Under the pieces are notes generated by a model. That model did no database searches and was not told the DNA's origin. It worked only from the letters and a program-made list of their open reading frames with translations. A program made the translations under genes and the position numbers. Positions 12,001 through 24,000 of a stretch of 64,000 nt of DNA are shown one piece after another. This DNA is from an uncultured Planctomycetia bacterium (GTDB taxonomy: Bacteria; Omnitrophota; Gorgyraeia; Tantalellales; Tantalellaceae): contig CAYZXR010000001.1 of NCBI GenBank assembly GCA_964482475.1, forward strand, positions 37,997 to 101,996, read 5' to 3'. Every line of letters begins with the position of its first letter. Within the stretch, counting starts at the first letter, position 1.

Positions 12001-15000
12001 GCTGTAAGTGTCATTTGAGCTGTCTTAAGCATCACATTCATCAAGCTTTGACTAGCAGCCTTGGCTTTTTCTCTCTCTTCATCAGTCGCACCTGACTCCA
12101 TTTTACTTATTTCATCTAGAAAACCAGTTAAGATCTGCTGACCAGCCTCTGCCTGCAAATTTGTCTGTTTTTTAAGATCAGCCGCGGAACTTTCACCTCT
12201 AAGTAAAGCTTTTTCAAGTTCATCCCTGCTACTAGCGCTAACAAGAGATTTGGTTATCTCTTCCGACAATCTAGCTGCCGCTGAACGCTGTGAAACGCCT
12301 TCATTCCTTTCTGTGATCCCGAGTACTTCCTCAGCAAGCCTGTCCCTATATTCGTTAATAGAATTAGTGTTGTTCTGAACATATTCCGCTAACTGCTGAA
12401 AAGAATTTGCTACCCTCAACGAATCCTGAACATCATCATAAAGTGATGCCTCTGCTTTCATTTGCAGATCCAAAGCTTCATCCTTAATATCTCTTGCCTC
12501 CTTGGAAAGCCCCTCAGATAGAAACATCCTGCTAATTCCCACGTTTTGTGAATTTCCAAACGCGTCTCTGCTATATACATCCACAAGCACATACCCTGCC
12601 GCAGGCGATGGAATACTCTCGGCTGACTGCCTTTTTAATTCCAGGCTACCATCCGGTAATGTCCTATACCCAGTCGGAGCATAAGTTTCTCCCGACCATT
12701 TAAAATAGGTCTGATCGCCTATCTTTTTTTCGAACTTATATTCAAGTTTCATGGTGTTTTCATCGGTCTCATCCCAAAGAACTGGTTCAGCTCCCAACTC
12801 CCTGGTTAATTTATCCAAAAATCCCGTCTTTTCCAGATCATCATCTTCTTTCGCAAAGTATGTCAAATAATCTTCCGAGGCTTCATACTCCGTTTGCGCC
12901 CATATCACTAATTCCCTGGTCTCAAAATAATACTTGTATTGTGCTTCTCTCTTTTTAACAGCTGCGTCATAAACAGCTTTTTTGGATATTGTATCCCAAT
13001 GTTCCGATCCTAAACCGTCCCTTGCCGCATCGTAAGCCTCTAAAGCATCTCTTTCTTCTGATAACGCTCTTGAATACTCCAGGCTAGCTATATCTCTAAT
13101 GGCCACAGCCTTATCCCACTTACTTTTCATTTCATCACGTCGGTCAGACGCTAATATTTTAAATCTCTCCGCAATTTTGATTTCTTCCACTTTTTGGTTA
13201 ACTTCATGCTCCTTTTCCCTATATTCACGTTCTTTTTCGTAGTATCCCGTAACAAGAGGAGTGGAAGTGGAATCGTCGAACCACGTAGCGTTTATTTCTT
13301 TATAGAGCCTAAACGAATCGTCAAGTTCATCACTAGATTGCAAAACAGGAATCGGCATCTGCGCCATTCTGTAATCGATCTCTCTTCTCTCAATGTTCTG
13401 CTGTTTTATCTCCATAAAATCATAAATATCGTCATTGATTTTCTCTAGTGCTTCTTCCATGGCGATTACCGCAAAATCCGGTGCGATCATCGAGTATGGT
13501 TTGGTATACGCAACAGTGTCGTGCGCCGTATAGGCATCATTATAGGCATTTGCCTCAACAGCTGATTTCCATTCTTCGTCAGACTCAAATATTGATCTAT
13601 CAACTGAAATGAATGTTCTTTCATAATAAGCAACAGCATCGTCTATCGCGTCAGTAACACTTTTATTGGTTGTAAAAGATTCCAGATCATGGTCAACACT
13701 GTAAGTGTCGTCCGTTGTTGCCCCTATTTCATCAGCATATTCCAAAGCCGTCTCAACAACATCCATATAAGCTCGTCTATATTCTTCCAGTGCCACATCA
13801 AGATTGTCTTTTGCAGCGTCTCGGGTAGATTGCAAATTTGCCAAAATAGATTCATCATCGATCGCATCAAGTTCTCTGTACCTTTCGTTGTATTCTTCAC
13901 AAGCATCCAGATATTTTTTATTTAACCTTTCAACATCTTTTTCCATCTCTTCGGCTGTCTGTCGTTTATAGTAAAGTATGTCTTCCATTAGGTCTTGAGT
14001 TTTTTTCAAATCCTCAAAACTCACCAGATCAACATAATAGCGATTAATGACCTTCGTCCTTAAAATCTTCTGTTCCTCTACCCATTCGTTCCACTTGGTA
14101 TAATCAGAATATACACTTTCAAAAGATTGCGTAGTACCGTTAAGAAAAACATCGTAATCTTCAAAATATTTAGTCCGCTTCGCCCTATCATAATCCGGCT
14201 CCATCGTGGCAACTAATTCCGCCATTGTCATATTCATTTCTTCTCTTGCATCTTCCATCTCAAGACGGGATTCTTCCATTTTATATCCAAGACTATCTAC
14301 TGTATGCCATGGAATGTCGGTATCTCTCTTGAGTATTCCCAGCTCGCTGTCTGGTTCCATAAAAAGTCCATCGTAATTATTTCTATTAGCGGATAGCTCA
14401 AATCCAATAGTCTCGCATCCATACAGTATCAATACTACCGGTATGACGAACACCTTTCCTGTATAGCTTTCATATATTTCATCTAATTCTTCAATTTTAT
14501 CGGCATAATATTCAACAACACTTATGCTTTCTCCTGTATCTTTCGCGTTTTTCCAGTTCGAAAACGCGATCTGTAAATCAACTTTCAACACGGCAATCTT
14601 TTCCTCGAGTCTAGCAAGAGCAACCAGTCCCTGCTTATAATTATCATAAGCATTGTCGTATTCCTCTTTTGCGTTATTGTATATAGCCTGTTTAACCTTG
14701 TATTCACCTTCAATGATTTTCTGCTCCGGAGTAAAGTCTACAACATTATCCATAGCGCTGTTGGCATCAGAAGTCAACTCATCCGAAATATCATCCATCA
14801 GCGCCCAAACACCATCCATATAACTTACCGTGTTAGTAACTTCTGTTTTAACCTGCTCAGCCTGGTCGGATATTTCAGACAGTGCACTTGAATATTCCTC
14901 GGCATATCTTATTGCCATTTCACTGTAATTTGCGCTTTCTCGCAAAGAATTTGCCTCATTTTTAGCCTTTGTATATTCTTTGCGTGATTTACTGGCAAGT

Positions 15001-18000
15001 TCATCTTGCGCCCACATAGCGATCTCAGCTTCACTCGCTATGTTATATGCTGTTTCCATAACAACTTTCGATGCAGATACAGATCCATCATCAATCGCTT
15101 CTGCCTGCAATCCTGCCATGTACTCATCATAAAAACTTTGAGCGATAAGTCTTTCAGAAATAATAAATTCCGTGGTTCCTGTTTCAGGCACACTGTATGT
15201 AAATGACACTGTAACTGTTTTGCCCGTAGAATTATCTGTCACTTCCAGTATGCCCCCGGAAACATCTAGATGATATCCGACAAGATTCCAATTAATCACT
15301 TCCAGGCCACCGGAAGAATCGACCATTATCTGCCCAATTTCAGTAACAGAAAGATTTTCATCTAAAGGATCTGAAAGAATATTATCGAGACTTTTCCGAT
15401 CGTAATCCTCATAAACTTTATCGGAATCTGATGAGCCATAGGAAATGTACCTATTGTATAGAGATTGCGCATCGTCGTCATTTATCACGCCATCAGCATT
15501 CTGGTCACTTATAGCGTTTAAACGTCCTATCCTTGCTTCAGCAAACACCGCCGAAGCTTTCGCGTCACTCCATATCAGTTTAAGAATCTCGTATTTACCT
15601 AACTCCTCGTTATATGTCTCTTTTTTAGCGTTGTACTTGTTAACCGCTTTTTCATATTCTTCCTGCGCTACTGCCGCAGTATGCTTGAATTCCGACAAAT
15701 TGTTTTCAGCCAATATTAACGCTTTCTTTTTCACGATAAGTACAGTATCTGTCTGAATGGCTTCGGAGTTTATCTCGGACATTCTGGATGTAATATCATC
15801 CACTTCCTGTTGCAGCCGCCTTCCTTCTTCTTCAGCATTATCACGCAAAGCTTTTATTTCATTCGCTATAAGATGTAAAAACTCAGCGCGTTCTTCCGTC
15901 TCTAGGGAAATATATCTGTCATTCAAATCATCGCCCGCCTGTCCGCTCCAATAAGAATAAAAATCAGGTGAAGGCAAATCGGAGTTACCATCATCGTACT
16001 GACCGTCATTATTCGAATCTACATAATCTTCGCCCACGTCCCACTGGCCGTTACTATTTGTATCGGTATATGACTCAGGATAATCTATCGAATATCCGTA
16101 CGCGGTTAGAATGTCAATTTCGGATACTGATGATTTCGCATAAACACGTGCAGTTGTATAAGTAGCCTGAGTTTCTACCTTAAAATATGTTTCTCTCAGT
16201 TCCTCTTCCATGGCCATGACTCTGTTCAAAGCTTCTTGAAACGCATCTAAATTAGCTTCCATTTCCTGAGCTTGAAGTCTCTTAAGTTCCGCTTCTTTTT
16301 CAGCCTCTTCAACCGCAAGCCTAGACTCTAATTCTGTCGTCCTTGCTAACATCTCAGCTTCCAAAGATTGATCAACATTTTTCACCGCATCATCCAGAAT
16401 GTCTCTTACTTTCTCAAAATTCGTTCTTGCCACATTCAGGATTGCGTCCTGAGTAGTAACATTGCTTCCTGCAGTCGCTTCATTTTGCCTTGCCGCACAA
16501 GCGTTTTCCTGAAGTTCAAGATCATATGGATTTGATACCATTAATGCCTGTGCCTGAAGCATTACAAGATATTTAGATTCGTATTCTTCACTTGCCGACA
16601 AATACCCTTCCCATGCCTCTGTAAATACCTCTCTCGTTACCTCAATATTCTGCTTATTCGTATAGTACTCATCTTTTTTAGTCTCGGCAAAGGCTTCCGC
16701 CTGTTCAACTGTCTCCGGCGAGAAAGATGTCATATCCATTGTTGCCTGAGCCTGAATAAGAGCATTTTCCGCGTACGCAAGGTTATCACTCAGCAATGTC
16801 TGCCTTGTTGTTTGATTCAGCAATGACTGGTACCCTGCTTGCGTATACAGTTTTATAATGTTCCCCGCTGTTTTCGCCTCCACTGACGCTGTATTCGCAA
16901 GAAACGCTCTTTCACTTGATCCTATCTGGAGTTCAGCCAATTCTTCTTCAAGGTACATAAAAGTATCATAGTACGCCCTTCTCGTTCCATAATCAGTCTC
17001 TGCTTTCATTTTGGTCAGCATATCCTGTTGCATATCAACCAAAACCTCTGCGCTTGTTTTTGCGTCTTCAACTGCTTTAGTGTTTTTGAGAACTGTTGCT
17101 GTCTCCATTAGAAATTCCGCAACATTTGCTCCGTCTGTCACCAAATACGAAACACCGTTCAACATATTAGGTACTTCATTCATGCTATCCCGCTGTTTGA
17201 TAATATATTCCAGTTTTTCTTCAGTTTTTAGTATCTCTCTTTCCAGCTCATCATTTGTCGAATCATATAAGAACTCATTTCTTAAGCGATCCAGCTTTTC
17301 AACCGTGACCTTATATTCAGAATCCATCGGATTACTCACGATAATAGACTCATAAGCAATCAACGCGTTCTGTGCTTCCCTTGCCGCCGCGTATACCTCT
17401 CTGGCCACCTGTTCCGCAAGATCGGCATTTTCCAAAGTAAATACCTCATTAATCAGATCATAATTTATGTCTTCCTTTAAATCATTAACCTCAATTTCTT
17501 TATCCTCGATCTCTTTCTTCAAAAGTTCGTTATCCACATCATTCACCAGACGTTTCTCCAAGGCTTCCAACTCGGCCTTCGCGAGCGCGTAACCATTATC
17601 TCCAAGCAAATACCCGATTCTGTTAATATTCGCTTTAACGGTAGAGGCCGTTTCATATGCACTTCTTTCCAAATCAGCAAGATTCTTTATAGCTCCTAGT
17701 AAAAGACCGTCTTCATCTTCAGCATCCGCGAAACCACCTTCTCTACCAAGCAAGTCTTTCATCCAATCAATGGTATTTTTTTGTTCCGATACTTTCCCTT
17801 CCAGCGTATTGAGAAGTGAATCAGCATAAAATTCCATATCCGCGATCGCGCCATAAACTTCATCTTCTTTCTTCGCCAGGAACAGTCTGTGTTCAGCGTC
17901 AGCAAGTTCTTCTTTTTTCGCGATTATATTTTCAGCTACAGCTCTTAAATTATCATCTTCAATAATTCCGTTTGAAATATTCTCTATAGTCTGTTTCTTT

Positions 18001-21000
18001 ATTTCAAGTTCATTAGCAATACTTTCCAATTCTAAAACCATAGCGTCAAATTGATCCAAAAGACTGGCTTGTTCGTTCAAGAGCGTACCTTTCTGAGCAT
18101 TGAGACTCGCAATGGCTTCTTCAAGAATAGCAATTGCTTCTTCATTTCCTTCTTCATTTTCTTCCTCAGCCAAGTCTGCCTCCGCCAGCAACAACGCGGA
18201 ATTTACCTCATATATCTCCAGATCTTTATCTTCCAGCCAGGTAATCAGCGAATCCAACTGGGTCTCTTCCGTGTGCACATCGGCACTCAATAAAGATATT
18301 TCGTCGACAAGAACAGCAATCGCATCATTGTAATCTTTCGTATATGCATTCAACTCATCCTCAAGTGTATCAACAACGTCTTTAGCTTCTCTCACTACAT
18401 CTTCCACTTCTGTCGCATAATACGCGTCCATCTGCATGGCAACGCCTTCCCTCATAGACTCAACTACTGCATACAGTTGTTCTAAATTGTCATATTCTGC
18501 TTGAACCTTCGTTGCTATCTCAGAATCTTGAATAATCTCATATACCGACCTAGCAAGCTCCGCATTACATCCGGCAAAAACTATGTCACTTAAGCCCTCT
18601 ACAACAACCTTATATCCCTCTATCTTGTTCCAAATTGTTGAAGCAGCAGTATTGTAATCCAATTCTGCGTCTATCGCATTTTCCTCAATGATCTCAGCGT
18701 CAAGAACCTCCTGTGCTACTACGGATAGTCCCTCTTCTATTTCTATCAGCTTTGGTTCCAACAAGCTCTTTGTCACATTCAATACCTCTTCTTCCTCACC
18801 TTCGGCAACATCAAGTTTTTCCTCTATCTCGGCTAATTGGAATTGAACGTTCAGATGTTTCAGCTCAAGCTCCCCTAATTCCACACGTTTCTGATCCGCA
18901 AATGACTTGACTAAATATGTACCTCCTTGATCCCCGTTTAGAGTATCGATAACAGTCTCCGTCCCTCCAGATACGAGACTATCGTATATACTGAAAAGCG
19001 GGGACAAACCACTTAGCCTGTCGGCTATCTCAACACTTACCGCGACAAGCACGTCTCTTTCCGCAACCATCTCACCCTTTAACTCACTGTCAACCTGTGG
19101 ATCATAGGTGGAATCTGACCATACAGTACTTATAACGCTATTTATGATATCAATTTCGTCATCTGTCGACGCTTTCCGCAACTCCAAAGAGGACCTTAAA
19201 CTATCTAGTTCCGCTGTTAGGCTGGAAGCATATCCTACTGAATCAGATCCGTTTGCCGCGGAATCTACCTCGATCTGCATGGTCTTCACATTAACAAGTT
19301 CATCAAGTTCATCAATTGACAAGTCTCCTGAACTTGAAAAATTGGTCACCGCTTTATCGTATAGCCATGAAGTTATATCGGAGAACGATTCTGTCGACAA
19401 CTCGTTCAAAGAAGCCAATGCCGCGTCCATAGATTGTGCTGTAGATCGTGAATACACTTGATCAACATATGCTTTACCCTCGGCGTTATAATAATACCCT
19501 GTTACTGAATCAATCGTTCCATATGTGAACTGTGAAACCCCGGCATTTGCCATTTGGGTATATATTTCCGATACATCAGACGCGTTAACAATACCGTCAT
19601 CGTTTACATCTTTATGAAATCTCAGCATATCCGCATACAGATCGAAATCTGTACTATTGACAACACCATCATTATTTATATCCACTTTTTTCAGCTCTGT
19701 TCCCGTTTGAAAATTCTTCGTATCCATATAGTCCAGCAAGTCCATCCATACCTCTTTATCCACTTCGTTCCTCGCCCCGTCACCATTTATATCAACAAAA
19801 TTGTTCAATGAATTGCTCAGCATGTCTATATCCACTGTATTAAGTTCCCCATCATTATTCATATCAGCTCTGATCTTCTCTTCCGCACTAACAAACCGCT
19901 GGCCCGCTTCCATAGTGGATATCGTTTTAACCTGTTCCTGTATATCTGTTAACACTTGCTGAACAATCGTAGCCATATCAACACTATCAGAAATTATAGT
20001 ATTAGACGGATATTTCAACGCCAGAGATTGCATAGGATTAAAGTAATCAGTCACAGCGTCAACTATGGCATCTATCCTCGCGCTCAAAGAAATAGCTGTC
20101 AGGGGACTTTCATCAATATAAGACCGCAGATTCTCCGCCATTTTCAAGTTCACATTAATCGTGGCTAACTTATTCAGGGCTTCTTCTTCCGCACTGATGA
20201 TATTTTTTATAGTTTGCTCGATATCCGACTGTTTAACCTCCAAAGCATTAACTTTCATCTGCAAAGAATCTCTATAACCAGCTACGGTTGCATTAGACGT
20301 GTCAAGTGCCAAAGCATCGTTAGCGGCATCCAGAATACTTTGCGCATAGATCAACATGTTATCCATCATCTCTTCATACGTTTCCGCTACCACGCTGACA
20401 GGAACAATATCGAGTTGAACCTGGATCGCGTCCGCTTTAAAGATTAGTTTATCGACAAGTTCGGGCAGATACCCCGCTTTTGCCTCTACCGTAAGAGCGG
20501 CATCATATGCCTTGAGTTCAGCGTCAGAAAGAACCCTATTCGCCCCAACATCTTCCTGAGAGATTAAAACCTTTCCTGAATAAATTTGTTCAAAATTATC
20601 TACTGTCATAACATAGGAATATCCATTTGACTCATAAGCCACCTCTCCATCATCAATATTTTCTATTGAAACAAAATGATCTCGACCATTGTTCTTAACC
20701 AAAGCTATAGCCGGCAATGTCACCTGTGATAGATCGCCCAAACTAATCTCTACGCCTTCCAAGTCAGCTCCACCAGCTTTTGCCAAACTCTTAAGCGTAA
20801 ACATCGTTGTCTCAAACTGTCCGGCTTCTGTCATATTGATCGCACCTGACAAGATATCCGAAATGATTGATGCCGCTGAGAGCATCTCTTCTTTGTCTGC
20901 GTCAACATTAAAATAATCGCCGAGGACATAAGACGCACAGTTTATTATCTGTAGACCCTGGTTTGTAAGCCATGAAGCTATGGTGGTTATCCCGCCCGTT

Positions 21001-24000
21001 AAAAGTACCGCAGGATTATTTACAGACAAGAAATCAGTAAATGGAGCGTAGAATGCATTCTGAGGGGCGTTGTATTCTTCAACGACTTTCTTGAAAAAAC
21101 CCGTTACAACACCCGCGATACCTGATGCTATCGCGAATGCTTTCTCTGTGACTGAATTATAAGACGTACTGCCAAATCCAAACGCAACATCACCAAGATA
21201 GTCAATGATCGCTTCTTGCCATGTCGATATTTCTGATACAATGCTTGGATCTTCAACTAACAACCTGATAAAAGTTTCGTCATCTCTTGCAAGAAGATAC
21301 TGAATGGTTCCATCGCTATTCGGTATCACTTGCAGATTATCACCAAGGGCAATTGTCGTCGTCACATCACCCGTAATCGTCTCAAACACTTCTATCAGAT
21401 CGGCACCATCAAAAACCGCGCGAAAAACAGTACCGTCATCCAGATTGGTAACGACTTCAACTCGACCGTCTACAATTGTCATCTCAGTATTCAAATCAGA
21501 CGGGTCTAATAAAACAGTTGTTGTTAATTTGTCACTAACCGATCTGACTATCCCTACACAAACCGCTTCAACTTCATAATAGACACTTCCAAGCTCCATA
21601 CTGTTAGCATACGCCGCCTCTTCGTCTCTTTCTGATGTCGCTATACGCTGGATGCTGTTGTATAGATCTCCCACGTTATCCCTTAGTTCTGATGAAAATA
21701 AAAGTAAAGCAATCAATTTTTCGGAATCATTTTCAGCCACTACCAATGTTTCCAGGTTTTCTGCAAGGTTCAGCATTTCCACACTATTGTTAAGATAGGA
21801 CATACCTTTAGTTTCTATGCCTTCCTGCATTGCGGCGATCTTTTCAATTGATTCCCGGGTATTGCTATTAGCCAGAATAGCTTTACTGGAGCTGGCAATA
21901 CTGATAGCCAGATCAATACCACCAGTTTCATTATACATACCCTCGATCTGCCTCAAATCCTCATTAAGGTTTTTGTAGGCCAAGTCTGCTATTTGCGCGA
22001 ATGAATATGCCCTTTTTGAAGATATAGCAAGTCCTGCGTTCTCAGTACATTGCGCAAGCACCTCAATATTAGCACGGCCTTTATCCGTCGAGGCTTCTCC
22101 GTAAATAGTTGAATATTCTGTTTCTTCATAAGCTTCGATTGTAAGCAACAATACTCTATTATTCTCTTCGACCATTTCATCTAATTTATAGACATTAACT
22201 ATGTCAATATTATCTAGACCGGCGGCGTAGGTATACAATTCATCAAGTTCCCCGTTTTTCTCTTCTATCCTGTTTGCCATTCTTTCGGCAACATTTTCAT
22301 AAGGAGTCAAAGTTATTAACTCGGAAACTTTAAGCATTGTATTAACGATGATCTTACCTTCATCGACTAACGAGTCACCGTTTGTATCGATTGCCGCTTT
22401 TTCTCTAACAATCATCTCGATCGCGCTTCTATCATTTTCTATAGAAGTTTGTGCGGACTCTAACATTGTCATGTCTTCCTCAGTCGCGGCAATAGCCACC
22501 AGAACCATCAAGGTCTCGATCGTCTCCATACCGACTTCAACTGAACTGGCACTCTCCAACGTAGACCTGTCCTGATGAGACAACTCATCTGAAATAATCA
22601 CCAACGCGTCCACCTTCTCAGTAACGGTCAAATTACCTCTTTTGCCTTCAATATCCGCGATATCGACCGCATTCCTAATCGCATTGATAGAAGATACCGC
22701 TTCATCCAATCTATCCTGCACCAATTGAGCGTTCCTATACATTTCCTGGTTAGTTATGTTATCATTGCTAAGATTTGTGGCCAAAACACTTGTCTCTCCC
22801 AACACGTTATATACCGTCAAAGCAACTTCTTCCAATGCCACCATAGTAGTAACATCCACGTCGTCTGAAACAATAAAACCGGTCATAATATTGTTAAGGG
22901 TCTGTACGGAGTCCAGCATCCTGTCTGCCTGATAGGTTAAGTTAGCTCCCTCCGTAACTTTGAATTCTTCCAGGGTAATCTTATCTTCTATCTCTTTTGT
23001 TTTCTGGGTAATCTCGCCAACAACATCCTCGATCTGCTGTTTTTTCGCTGCCATAACCGCTGTCAACGTGACTCCGTCAAGAACAGTATAAACTTCAGCT
23101 GTAAGCTCTTCCGCCATTTCGGTAATTATCAAAGACACTTCAACCATGCCTTTCGCGACAGTTATATCAGCAAAATTCCTGTCTATGTCCGTATGCATCC
23201 TGTTGACCTGTTCAAGATATTCTTCCGCGGCATCAGACAAATTCGCGACAGCTTTCTCAATAGCTTTTTCCCGAGAGGCTTCCACCATTTCCCCCGCCGC
23301 GGTCAGCATTTCATCAATTTCATCAGAATCCACTCGCATAGACTCCGTTTGCAACTCACCCAGCACCTCTTCCATAATCGAAACAAGAGCCATGGCGTAT
23401 GAAGCGTCTTTGGTAGCAAAAATTTCATCTCTAATAGTTTCGATAGTATTTCTATCTGAACGGGCTTCGTTAAGCACATACTCAAAATCCTGCGAAACAT
23501 TAATTGCCGCAAAAACAGTCTGTTCAATATTTTCATATGCTGAAACAATATTATCAAAAGATGTCTTCACGACAGCCAAGTTGCCAGCAATATCAGCATC
23601 CTCAGAATATTCCAGAGATAACAAATTAAGTTCAATTAAGTACTGTTCAGAATCTTTCAATAGCTGCTTAGAAAAGTCGTACAATGCCAAAGTCATTTCC
23701 ATATTGTCCGCACTAATGTAGCCGGTCAAGGAAAGCATCCGGCTCAAACTATTATTAACCGCGTTCACCAGATTATCGCCTTTCTGCTCAAAAGACGTAT
23801 ATTGCCTTAAAATATCTTTGGAATCCGTGATCAGGGCAAGAACATCATTCGCCGACTCTCCGTTAATTTCCGCCAATTCATTTATTTGGCTGTTATTTCC
23901 GTAGACGTCTGAAATAGCGTACAACTCCCGCGACAGGTTAAATATCTCAAGCGCGGCATCATACGCGATCTCGTAGAAAACAGAGGCTATTTCACTGTTT

